From an uncultured Ignavibacteriaceae bacterium (GTDB taxonomy: Bacteria > Bacteroidota > Ignavibacteria > UBA10030), in the NCBI GenBank assembly GCA_964602055.1, contig CAZRPU010000003.1, forward strand, positions 30,439 through 94,438: a stretch of DNA of 64,000 bases, read 5' to 3'. The notes beneath the pieces are model-generated. The model searched no databases. It was given only the letters and a program-made list of their open reading frames with translations, and had not been told where the DNA came from. The position numbers and the translations under genes are program-made. Positions within the stretch are counted from its first letter, which is position 1. Every line of letters begins with the position of its first letter. Shown piece by piece: positions 10,774 through 20,972 of this stretch.

Positions 10774-12794
10774 CGAGTGTGCTCGTCAATCCAATCAAGC
10801 ACAGTCTTGTACCATAATTCCGCATTCGCAGGCTTCATCACCCAATGGCCTTCGTCCGGAAAATACAGCATTTTCGATTTCACGCCCCGCCGCTGGAGCG
10901 CAGTGAACAGCTGAAATCCTTCACTGATGTCCACACGGTAATCCAACTGCCCGTGCACAACGAGTGTGGGTGTTTTGAAGTTAGCGGCTGCATTCAAGGG
11001 CGACCATTGTTCGTAGAGGTCTGCTTTTTCATAGGGGGTTCCGCCAAACTCCCACTCGGGGAACCACAGCTCCTCCGTTGTTCCATACATGCTCTTCGGA
11101 TTAAAGACGCCGTCGTGGGATACAATGCTTCTGAAGCGATCGGTATGACCCGCCATCCAGTTCATCATGTACCCGCCATAGGAGGCTCCGGCGGCGGCAA
11201 TCCTCTTGCCGTCGATAAAAGGAAATTTTTTGAGCGCTTCATCAAGCCCGTTCATCAGATCAACGTACACCCGGCCTCCCCAATCCCGGCTTATCTCATC
11301 TGTGAACTTTTGGCCATACCCGGTGCTCCCCCGCGGGTTGACCATCAGCACCACATAACCGCGGGATGCAAACATCTGAGCACTCCAGCGATAATGGAAC
11401 TGATCTCCCCACTGACCTTGAGGGCCGCCGTGCACCAGATAGATCAAGGGATATTTCCTGGCCGCATTGAACCCCGGAGGCCTCACGATCCACCCATGTA
11501 CCCGGGCTCCCTCCGCTCCGGAGAACCAAAAGTCTTCAAGTGGATTCATGTCGAGGCCCGCGACCCTGTCTGCATTGATTCTGGTGAGTTGCTTCAGGTT
11601 CTTGCCGTTTGCATCCATGCTGAACAGTTCTGCGGGCGTGTTGATGGATTCTTTGATGAAGACAATGGATTTCCCGTCAGGCGTCAGGCGGAATGAGTGA
11701 TTGTATCCTTTACTGATGATAGTTTCGACGTTTCGCGTAGCGACCGAGATTCTGAAAATCGAGACATTTCCCTTGTCATCTGCGCTGAAATAGAGACTTT
11801 TGCTGTCTGAAGTCCATCGAACGTCGTCGACGCTGTAATCGAACGATTCCGTCAGATTGATATGCTTGCCGCTTGACCGGTCGAACAGAACCAGCTGACG
11901 ACGATCGGCCTCGAATCCTGCTCTATCCATCTTGCGATACGCTATGTATTTGCCGTCGGGCGAATAGAGGGGTTGACTGTCATTTGCCGGGTTATCGGTA
12001 ATGCGTGTGGTCTGGCCTCCTCCCGCGGGGACAATGAACAAATCGTTGTTGGTGCTTGTGGCCACCTGTTGATCCGTATTACGTGTGAAGACCACTTCCC
12101 TTCCGTCCGGCGAAAAGTCATAATCCCACCGGCCTCCCAGGTCAATCGGAGGTGTGTCAAAGTCTCCCGGCGTTATGTCGGTTACCTTTCCTCCCGCCGA
12201 GGGCATGACGAAGACATGGCTGCGTTTTCCGTCTTTCCAGTAGTTCCAAACTCTATAAGGCAGCCGATCAAATACCTTCGCCTGTATTTTGCTTTTTGCC
12301 AGTTCTGCATTACGCAATTCATTGCATTCGTCGGTATCGCAATCGGGAAAAACGTCCGATGTGAAAGCGATATGCCGGCCATCGGGCGAGAGGATCATTC
12401 CGGAAGCCTCCGTGGAAAGCGAAGAGACTTTCTTCGCCTCGCCGCCGTTCACCGGAATGGTCCACACCTGCGACTCGCCATCGCGCGAGGAGACAAACAT
12501 GAGGGAAGGCCCGTCGGGCATCCATCGGGGATTGTTGTTTGCCCGCGCTGAGTTCGTCAGTTGGCGGAGAGAAGAGCCATCCATCGAAACAAGGTAGATA
12601 TTACTATTGGAAGAGTTTTCCTTCTTCTTGTAATAGGTCACAACGAATGCGATGGTCTTGCCGTTCGGCGCCACTTGTGGATCGCTCACTCTCCCCATCC
12701 CGATCAGATCGTCGAACGTGATCGGCCTCTTTTGCTGGGCACTCGCTGAAAGTCCTGTAATGCATATGATGAAACACATCAGATATGTTTTCAT
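10770..12794 (-). CDS. S9-family serine peptidase (prolyl oligopeptidase/acylaminoacyl peptidase type) with N-terminal beta-propeller
   Basis: Signal peptide MKTYLMCFIICITGLSASAQQ, TolB-like repeats (SPDG...), nucleophile elbow GASYGGYM and C-terminal DEGHW. Start set to ATG 12794, preceded by GGAGG. Confidence 0.85.
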   Translation of the reverse strand: MKTYLMCFIICITGLSASAQQKRPITFDDLIGMGRVSDPQVAPNGKTIAFVVTYYKKKENSSNSNIYLVSMDGSSLRQLTNSARANNNPRWMPDGPSLMFVSSRDGESQVWTIPVNGGEAKKVSSLSTEASGMILSPDGRHIAFTSDVFPDCDTDECNELRNAELAKSKIQAKVFDRLPYRVWNYWKDGKRSHVFVMPSAGGKVTDITPGDFDTPPIDLGGRWDYDFSPDGREVVFTRNTDQQVATSTNNDLFIVPAGGGQTTRITDNPANDSQPLYSPDGKYIAYRKMDRAGFEADRRQLVLFDRSSGKHINLTESFDYSVDDVRWTSDSKSLYFSADDKGNVSIFRISVATRNVETIISKGYNHSFRLTPDGKSIVFIKESINTPAELFSMDANGKNLKQLTRINADRVAGLDMNPLEDFWFSGAEGARVHGWIVRPPGFNAARKYPLIYLVHGGPQGQWGDQFHYRWSAQMFASRGYVVLMVNPRGSTGYGQKFTDEISRDWGGRVYVDLMNGLDEALKKFPFIDGKRIAAAGASYGGYMMNWMAGHTDRFRSIVSHDGVFNPKSMYGTTEELWFPEWEFGGTPYEKADLYEQWSPLNAAANFKTPTLVVHGQLDYRVDISEGFQLFTALQRRGVKSKMLYFPDEGHWVMKPANAELWYKTVLDWIDEHTR

Positions 12795-12822
12795 GGAACC
12801 TCCGTCGTTCAAAATATTCGGG

Positions 12823-13071
12823 CTATGATGCTGCAGATTGCTGCGCCGGCTCGCCCTCGGTATAGGAAACCGTTCTCAGCATGGGACGAAACCGTTCGGG
12901 AATGCTCTCCCAGGCATGGTCCCAACACTGCGAGTTGGAAAGGAACCAGCTTGCAAGTGTATTTCCGTTATCGCTTTTCCACCTGTCCCAAAACCCGTCG
13001 CCGGGCCTGTCAATGGACCAAACGAAAGGCCTTCCACACTTCTGACATACCGACTCCCTGACAAATGCCAT
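12823..13071 (-). CDS. small hypothetical protein (82 aa), Trp/Cys-rich
   Basis: ATG 13071 is preceded by TAAGGAGTGTGCAT, so the SD AAGGAG overlaps the esterase stop. Sequence MAFVRESVCQKCGRPFVWSIDRPGDGFWDRWKSDNGNTLASWFLSNSQCWDHAWESIPERF.... I recognise no family. Confidence 0.5.
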   Translation of the reverse strand: MAFVRESVCQKCGRPFVWSIDRPGDGFWDRWKSDNGNTLASWFLSNSQCWDHAWESIPERFRPMLRTVSYTEGEPAQQSAAS

Positions 13072-13082
13072 ATGCACACTCC

Positions 13083-14267
13083 TTATCGATGTGTTCCGAA
13101 AAGAAAGATGAGCGGCCTCCACACTCGCCCGGCCCATGCCCGTTCGTTGTGGGTTGCTCCCTCATCAAGGAAGTATTCAAAATCCCGTCCCGCCTTATAT
13201 CCCTGTTCCGTGAGGATTCTTGCCATCGTTTCAGAACCCAGCCTGAGGCGATCTTCGAGGTCGAGAGTTCCGCAATCGAGATAGACCCGGATATCCTTTC
13301 GGCCACCTTTGAACTCCTTTACTTCTCTGAGAATCTTGTCGTGATCAACCAGAAAAGCGCTTGAAAGACAGCCCGCCTTGGAAAAAACCTCGGGGTGCCA
13401 CCAGGTGAACAGGAAGGAAATCAGCCCCCCCATGGACGATCCCATCACCGCGGTGTTCTCCCGGTCAGGCTTGGTTCTGTAGGTCTTATCAATAAGCGGC
13501 TTGACCACGCCAATAACAAACGCGGCGTAGCTGCGTCCCAATGGGGTATCGGAATACTCCGGAGACCGATCAGGCGAATTCGACATGCCGACAATGATAA
13601 TCTCCTCCATCGCCTTCGCGCGGATGAGGCTGTCCGAGACTTCGTCCATGTGCCAATCATAGCCGATAAAGGAGGTTGACGGATCGATGATATTCTGCCC
13701 GTCATGCATATAGAGGACGGGATAGCGGCGTTCGGGCTCTTTCTCATACGACGGAGGGAGCCAGACGATCAGGTCGCGCTTGTAGTTGAGACCCTCGCCG
13801 GCAAGATCCCGGTGGTAACGAACCGACCCGACAATCCCTCCGCCTGCTGGTTGTTCGGAGTCCTGCCAGGAAAAGGGTCGAATGACAATGGATGTATCTG
13901 CCGAGGCGATCCAACGCACGTTATCCGGAACTTCGCCTTTCCGATAGATCGCCTGTTTGTTCCAGGTTCCGCGCGTGATCTTCAACTCCACTACCGTATT
14001 GCGCGGAACATGAAATTGATATGTCCAGAGAGAATCGTTCGTTCGCACTAATTTCACGCTTCCAGGCTGCCAGTTCCCAAGCTCGGGCAAATTCCCGGCG
14101 ATATAGAGCTGATCTGCTGCCGGTGTTGACGACGGAGCCACGACGGTGACACTCACGTTCATGCTCTGTGCACAGGATTGAAAGATCGGAACAATGAACA
14201 GGACTATCGCCAGGAATATGGACTCCCGTCGATTTCTTGATACCCGACAACGGTTGTACAGCATCAT
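13083..14267 (-). CDS. secreted esterase-family alpha/beta hydrolase with N-terminal CBM20-like domain
   Basis: It has a signal peptide. LYIAGNLPELGNWQPGSVKL...WTYQF...ELKITRGTWNKQ resembles a CBM20 starch-binding module. YPVLYMHDGQN...MGSSMGGLISF matches the putative-esterase (Fes/IroE-like) fold. The ATG overlaps the upstream stop (ATGA 14264-14267). Confidence 0.75.
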   Translation of the reverse strand: MMLYNRCRVSRNRRESIFLAIVLFIVPIFQSCAQSMNVSVTVVAPSSTPAADQLYIAGNLPELGNWQPGSVKLVRTNDSLWTYQFHVPRNTVVELKITRGTWNKQAIYRKGEVPDNVRWIASADTSIVIRPFSWQDSEQPAGGGIVGSVRYHRDLAGEGLNYKRDLIVWLPPSYEKEPERRYPVLYMHDGQNIIDPSTSFIGYDWHMDEVSDSLIRAKAMEEIIIVGMSNSPDRSPEYSDTPLGRSYAAFVIGVVKPLIDKTYRTKPDRENTAVMGSSMGGLISFLFTWWHPEVFSKAGCLSSAFLVDHDKILREVKEFKGGRKDIRVYLDCGTLDLEDRLRLGSETMARILTEQGYKAGRDFEYFLDEGATHNERAWAGRVWRPLIFLFGTHR

Positions 14268-17200
14268 TCATCCTCCGGCTTCAGAATAACGCCCTTATTT
14301 TCCTGACCATTCATTTTCACCACGATCGGCTTCTTGAAGCGCACGTGACGAACAAATGGCCCCTGTTCGAGTGGTTCGCGACTGAGGAGCCATTCCCAGT
14401 CGAGAAAATCTTCGTCGTTTTTCGAGTTGATGGTGAAATACCCGACCATGAATGAAGTGATATTCTGAAAGAAATGCGATCCCTGTGAGGGCGCAACATC
14501 CATATCCCTCAGGCTGGCTTCGACAATCACCCTGGCCCCGGAGATCTGATCCCACTTGACCGGAATGCCAAGCCACGGATCCAGAGTTCCCCACCGACCC
14601 GTCCCAATGAGGAGATACTGGCGGCCTTCGGCTATAAGCTTCTCATTCAGCTGCATCACCTCTTTTGCTACTTCCTTGGTCTTCGAACGGTCAAAGCGGT
14701 CGATATCGACGACGACAACATCTTCCACATCTTTGACAATGCCGTGGCCCAGCACATGGCTGCTGACACAGATTGCTTTCTCTGTTTCCGTGGCTTCGAT
14801 ATTGAACTGCTCGATTTCTCGGCTCAGCACGAGTGGCCGCATCTGAAGGAGGCCAAACTCGGCGCGCTCATGGGCACGGAGAGATACGGCAAACTCGATT
14901 TCGACCGGGTTCCCCATTCCCCACGATCCTTTCTTGAGGAGGAGCTCGAGGATCCCGGGAAGGGGAAACATTTTATGACGGAGAATCGGAGCAAACGTCA
15001 CAATCCTCACACCGTCCCGCGAAAGTCCGTCATAAATGGCATCGTTCTCTTTCGAATAGGTCGACCCGACCGGGTGGAGCGTACCGTCCCGTTCCGCTGT
15101 CTCAAGGTCGAATGGTTTCAGGAGCTCATCCGTCGTTTCGGCATGCCGGAGCGGTGAATCATTCATGTCGAGAGCGTAGAATATTTTTTGATTGTTCTGG
15201 AGCGCCTGGGTGGGGGCAGAGAACTGGATGAGGTGCTGCGGATACTTCGGAGAGAACCGTACGGTTATTCCCCCGTCGACAATAATCTTCCCAAGCCCCA
15301 ATGCAGCAGAAACAATTCCGTCAGCCGGAGTTTGCGGAGGAAGGGGATAAAAATTGTAGGACTTTGCGACCCCCGAGAAGTGAGGATAGAAACGGTGCTC
15401 ATGCTGCTGGCCAACCATGCGCTGAATAATGACAGCCATCTTTTCTTCTTCAAGGCGGTACGAAGTGGCCTTGATGTAGTCCTTGGGACCTTGATAGAAC
15501 GTCGAGGCATACACTCTTTTGATAGTCGCTATCAGTTCCTGAAGCCTTACCCCCTTGTCCGGATTGTTATTCGGAATCATGTACGTGGCATAAACACCGG
15601 CAAAAGGATGATACTGGGAATCTTCAAGCAGGCTCGAAGACCGGACGGCGAGAGGAACACGGACAATATCAAGATAGGCACTCAGTTGTTCCACGACTCC
15701 CGGCGGAAACTTGTCGGCCTGCAAGAATCTCGTGGTGATCTCGAGATCGTCCGTTCCGTTGAGGGCAATTCCACGGAGATTGTTTTCCTCGATAAACTGA
15801 TCGAACACGGACGTACCGACAATGACCCCTGGGGGCACACTGATCCGGACCCCCTCAAACACATCCTTCATGCCATAGCTGTTGATGAGCTCATTGACAA
15901 ATGCGAGGCCGCGCGCCTTGCCTCCCAGCGATCCGCCGCCGATGCGGGCCATATCGCTCGCAGGATCGAACGAATCCTTTGAAAAATCAATAATAACACC
16001 TTGCCCGCGGGCCTTGCGGTATTCCTTGAGCGAACGTATCAGATCCTGCCGCAGCTCCTCAACCGATCCATAGTCGCTGACTTTGCGTGGACGAAGCTGA
16101 TATGCAAGCCAAAACTCGGTGCGCGCCTTGAGCCATCGCGAAAAATGGTTCCGTTCGGCGTGATATTCAATGCTCTCCTCCGGGACATAGCGGAGCTGTT
16201 CTTCGAGCGTTTTCAGGTTGCTTGCCCTGGCTACTTCCTCCCCGCCGAGCGTCCGAAAAACAAAATCTCCGAAACTGAAATATGCCGTCATATAGTTGCG
16301 CAATTCCAGCAAAAGGGTCGGGGAATCTTTGAGGGCGAATGAGGCACCCAGATCGTTCGCCGCCTGCCGATATTCGCTGGTTGTCGACTGGAGAAGAATG
16401 GGAATGTCGGAGTAATGCGCCTTGACCTCTTTGGCGAACAGAAGTCCGGCTTTTGGTTCAGCAACTCCGTTCTTGGGAAAGTCGATGTCGGAAATCACGC
16501 CCAGAATGTGATCCTCATATTTGAGGAAGTACTCCATTGCTTCTTCATAAGTTTTGCAAAGAAGGATCTTCGGGCGCGCCCTCATGCGGAGATACCGATG
16601 GGTCAGGTTGATTCCCTCTTGAATCAGCCGCTGCGATTGGTTCAGCACTTCAGAATAGATGATGGGAAGGTAGGAAGAGTAATAGCGGACGTTGTCTTCG
16701 ATGAGGATAATCGATTGCACGCCAACAGAGCGAGTATCATGCTCAACATTCATCCGATCTTCCAAATGCTTGATAATGGCAATAATGAGACGGAAATCGC
16801 CCTGCCAGATGAATACTCCGTCGAACATGGAAATATCATGATACGTCAGGAGATCCTTCAGTTCGCGATTATCATATGCCAAAAGGACAACGGGGATATC
16901 GAGGCCGGCCTCGCGGACCATTTGGACCAGCCGGAGGGATGTCATGTCTTCAATATGGAGCGTGGTGATAATGAGGTCAAACCGTCGCTCTTCCTGCGCA
17001 AGTTCAATTGCTTCCCGGCCGCTCGAGACACGGGTCAATTCGGGAGAATGGCTCAGCTGAAGGCCCTGATACTCATTGAGGATCAACTCGTAGAGGCGTC
17101 CATCCTCTTCAAAAAGGTAAAGATCGTACATGCTCGAAACCAACAACACATCACGGATTCTTTTCCGCATCAGATTCTGGAATCCGGGGAAACGGGTTCC

Positions 17201-17275
17201 TTCATCCTGTTCGATGCCGAAAGAATGAACTCCGCGTGGTACGTTGTTGTTTATCATCGGATCTTTCATTCGCAT
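14264..17275 (-). CDS. receiver-domain protein fused to a PEP/pyruvate-binding (PPDK_N ATP-grasp) domain, with no phosphohistidine swivel seen
   Basis: It has two receiver-like regions: IRDVLLVSSMYDLYLFEEDG and SIILIEDNVRYY...ILGVISDIDFP. These are followed by IGGGSLGGKARGLAFVNEL and ...EIEFAV...GLLQMRPL, typical of the PPDK/PEP synthase N-terminal domain. Start moved to ATG 17275 (or 17269/17257) because the gdhA terminator occupies 17283-17312. Confidence 0.8.
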   Translation of the reverse strand: MRMKDPMINNNVPRGVHSFGIEQDEGTRFPGFQNLMRKRIRDVLLVSSMYDLYLFEEDGRLYELILNEYQGLQLSHSPELTRVSSGREAIELAQEERRFDLIITTLHIEDMTSLRLVQMVREAGLDIPVVLLAYDNRELKDLLTYHDISMFDGVFIWQGDFRLIIAIIKHLEDRMNVEHDTRSVGVQSIILIEDNVRYYSSYLPIIYSEVLNQSQRLIQEGINLTHRYLRMRARPKILLCKTYEEAMEYFLKYEDHILGVISDIDFPKNGVAEPKAGLLFAKEVKAHYSDIPILLQSTTSEYRQAANDLGASFALKDSPTLLLELRNYMTAYFSFGDFVFRTLGGEEVARASNLKTLEEQLRYVPEESIEYHAERNHFSRWLKARTEFWLAYQLRPRKVSDYGSVEELRQDLIRSLKEYRKARGQGVIIDFSKDSFDPASDMARIGGGSLGGKARGLAFVNELINSYGMKDVFEGVRISVPPGVIVGTSVFDQFIEENNLRGIALNGTDDLEITTRFLQADKFPPGVVEQLSAYLDIVRVPLAVRSSSLLEDSQYHPFAGVYATYMIPNNNPDKGVRLQELIATIKRVYASTFYQGPKDYIKATSYRLEEEKMAVIIQRMVGQQHEHRFYPHFSGVAKSYNFYPLPPQTPADGIVSAALGLGKIIVDGGITVRFSPKYPQHLIQFSAPTQALQNNQKIFYALDMNDSPLRHAETTDELLKPFDLETAERDGTLHPVGSTYSKENDAIYDGLSRDGVRIVTFAPILRHKMFPLPGILELLLKKGSWGMGNPVEIEFAVSLRAHERAEFGLLQMRPLVLSREIEQFNIEATETEKAICVSSHVLGHGIVKDVEDVVVVDIDRFDRSKTKEVAKEVMQLNEKLIAEGRQYLLIGTGRWGTLDPWLGIPVKWDQISGARVIVEASLRDMDVAPSQGSHFFQNITSFMVGYFTINSKNDEDFLDWEWLLSREPLEQGPFVRHVRFKKPIVVKMNGQENKGVILKPEDE

Positions 17276-17282
17276 GGATAAT

Positions 17283-17312
17283 AACAAAATCGGAGTGGAT
17301 TGCTCCACTCCG
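17283..17312 (-). terminator. intrinsic terminator after gdhA
   Basis: Minus strand CGGAGTGG-AGCAAT-CCACTCCG (8-bp perfect stem) followed by ATTTTGTTAT. Confidence 0.7.
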
Positions 17313-17336
17313 ATTCGATGAACGAGAAGCCTCAGC

Positions 17337-18761
<1,425 letters not shown>

Positions 18762-18803
18762 TCATGTGAAGGTGTTGATTTGAGAGGCACTGCTGCAACA
18801 AAC

Positions 18804-20219
18804 CTAGGGGAAAATTCCCAATTCCATGTATGATGTAGCGATCTTGTTGATTGAATCGATAAATGCGGCGGTTCGGAGATCAATGCCTTTGACGCTCTTC
18901 CAGATCTTCCGGACTTCATGGTGGGCGTTGATCATGGTGTCTTCGAGGCCCGAGTTGACCAGATCTTCCTCATCAGGGCCCTTCACAAGATTGGCTCTTT
19001 GAGAATCCGAAAGAGATTTTCCTGTGGCTTTCTCGATAACGTCAAACACCTGCCCCATCGACCGTTCTGTAAAGCGCCGGCCCATACGGCCCATCCGAAC
19101 GTGCTGCAGGTTTTTCAACCATTCGAAATAGGAGACTGTCACGCCTCCGGCATTGAGGTACATGTCCGGCAAGATCATAATTCCCTTTTTCACGAGAATC
19201 CCTTCGCCGCTCGCCGTGATGGGGCCGTTTGCCGCTTCTCCGATGATCTTTGCCTTAATCTTCGGCGCATTGTCGCCGTTGATCTGGTTTTCCAACGCGG
19301 CAGGAACCAGGATATCGCACTCCAGTTCAAGAGCATCTTTGCTGTTCGGGATATTCGTTGCACCGGGAAAGCTGAGAATAGACCGTGTCTCGGTTCTGTG
19401 CTTGACCACGGCATCGATGTCAAGTCCCTGTGGATTGTAGATGGCGCCCTCATATTCAGCCAGTCCAACGATAACAGCTCCTCCCTCCTGAAGAAATTTC
19501 GCCGCATGATACCCCACGTTCCCCAACCCTTGAACGACAACCTTCTTCCCCTCAAGCCCCTTGCTGAGGCCGAGTCCTTTCATGTCTTCCGCAATGTCGC
19601 AGGCCTCCCGTATGCCGAAATAGACCCCCCGCCCCGTTGCTTCCTTCCGGCCGCGGATCCCGCCCTGGCTGACCGGCTTGCCCGTCACGCAGGCCGCCGC
19701 GTCGATACTGTCGGGCGTCAACGCCTGATACGTATCCATGATCCATGCCATTTCACGAGCACCAGTCCCATAGTCGGGAGCCGGAACATCGATGCCGGGT
19801 CCGATGAACTTCTTTTTGACAAGCTCGGCGGTATAACGGCGTGTAATCCGCTGCAGCTCGACGCTCGTGTACTTCTTCGGATCGATCTTAACGCCCCCTT
19901 TCGCACCGCCAAAAGGAACATCAACAATTGCACACTTGTAGGTCATCAGCGCAGCCAAGGCCTTGACCTCATCCTCCGTGACCTCCTCGCTGTATCGGAT
20001 CCCTCCTTTGGTCGGGAGCTTGTGCTGGCTGTGCTCCACTCTCCAGGCAGAGACCACCTCGTACGTTTCTCCCACTTGAATGGGGAATTGAAAATGATAG
20101 ATGCTGTTGCACACCTTGATCTGGTCGAGAAGCCCCTTGGGATGTTCCGTGTATGCGGCTGCACGATCAAAGTTGCTGCAAACAGTGTCAAAGAAACTGA
20201 CGTGAGATGCCTGCGGCAT
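18804..20219 (-). CDS. glutamate dehydrogenase, GLUD1-like (animal-type) subfamily
   Basis: [49 protein letters not shown]...[27 protein letters not shown]...[17 protein letters not shown] closely parallels vertebrate GLUD1 as I remember it. Start set to ATG 20219 (MPQASHV) with AAGGAG upstream; the ORF-track start at 20459 is an extension. Confidence 0.9.
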   Translation of the reverse strand: MPQASHVSFFDTVCSNFDRAAAYTEHPKGLLDQIKVCNSIYHFQFPIQVGETYEVVSAWRVEHSQHKLPTKGGIRYSEEVTEDEVKALAALMTYKCAIVDVPFGGAKGGVKIDPKKYTSVELQRITRRYTAELVKKKFIGPGIDVPAPDYGTGAREMAWIMDTYQALTPDSIDAAACVTGKPVSQGGIRGRKEATGRGVYFGIREACDIAEDMKGLGLSKGLEGKKVVVQGLGNVGYHAAKFLQEGGAVIVGLAEYEGAIYNPQGLDIDAVVKHRTETRSILSFPGATNIPNSKDALELECDILVPAALENQINGDNAPKIKAKIIGEAANGPITASGEGILVKKGIMILPDMYLNAGGVTVSYFEWLKNLQHVRMGRMGRRFTERSMGQVFDVIEKATGKSLSDSQRANLVKGPDEEDLVNSGLEDTMINAHHEVRKIWKSVKGIDLRTAAFIDSINKIATSYMELGIFP

Positions 20220-20269
20220 CGGGGCTCCTTGCGAAGTTTGAGAGAGGAACGGGGGAATGTACTCCCTCA

Positions 20270-20298
20270 AATATAGAATGATTTCGTTATCAGAACAA
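20270..20298 (-). promoter_or_regulatory. candidate promoter for the GDH pair (TTGTTC-17 nt-TATATT)
   Basis: Minus-strand read TTGTTC TGATAACGAAATCATTC TATATT, about 50 nt upstream of ATG 20219. Confidence 0.35.
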
Positions 20299-20422
20299 GA
20301 AATGGACCAAAAAAAAGGGCAAAAAAACGCTGAAAGCTCAAGTTTCGGGCTGATTCCATTCTGGAAATAGGAATCACGCCTTCTTTCTTCCAGAGTTCGG
20401 AATGAAGAGAGGAAGACGCGAC

Positions 20423-20950
20423 TTAGCGGGAAGTTTCTGATCCATGCTTGGTACGCCAAAGAAGGAAGAGGGATCCCTCAAAGAGCCCCACAAGAAGCCC
20501 CGTGAACATAAGGTCCCCGAGGAGGGAATTCCGGTAGAAAGGGATCGCCGCCGTGTAACAGAGTGCAAGGCCCTCAAGCGTCATTGGGTACACCGTTCCG
20601 TTGCCGTGAAACCATACGGCTGCATTCGTGATCAGGAAGAAGGCAAGAGAACCCACAAGAGATCCCAGAACAATTGATCCGATCGATTTCCTTTTTGCCA
20701 CCACTGTTCCGATGAAAACGGTGAGGGCTATCGCTGAGTACACCCAAACCATCATGGCGTGAAATCCCAATACGGTGTCGCTGAGCACCATCGCTGCAAC
20801 CGGGACGATAAGACTGATACGCCGGTCAAGATATATTCCTCCTGCAAGTGCCAAAGCCATCACCGGTGTCACGTTGGGGGGATGAGGAAGAAGCCGTGCA
20901 CTTGCAGCACCAAGAATGAGGATGACACCGAGGAACAGTGGGCTCTTCAT
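20423..20950 (-). CDS. small polytopic membrane protein (DUF6580-like / ECF S-component-like putative transporter)
   Basis: About 175 aa and almost entirely hydrophobic, with 6-7 predicted TM segments. It has the N-terminal motif [19 protein letters not shown] 20950 is preceded by AAGGA; ATG 20965 is an alternative. It starts 22 nt after the btuB-like stop. Confidence 0.7.
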   Translation of the reverse strand: MKSPLFLGVILILGAASARLLPHPPNVTPVMALALAGGIYLDRRISLIVPVAAMVLSDTVLGFHAMMVWVYSAIALTVFIGTVVAKRKSIGSIVLGSLVGSLAFFLITNAAVWFHGNGTVYPMTLEGLALCYTAAIPFYRNSLLGDLMFTGLLVGLFEGSLFLLWRTKHGSETSR

Positions 20951-20972
20951 GATCCGTCCTTTCATAAGTATT

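Noticed and set aside
12823-13137. The 104-aa version of the small ORF from the ORF track.
   Set aside because: It overlaps the esterase 3' end by 55 nt. The internal ATG at 13071 has a perfect SD, so the 82-aa form is reported instead.
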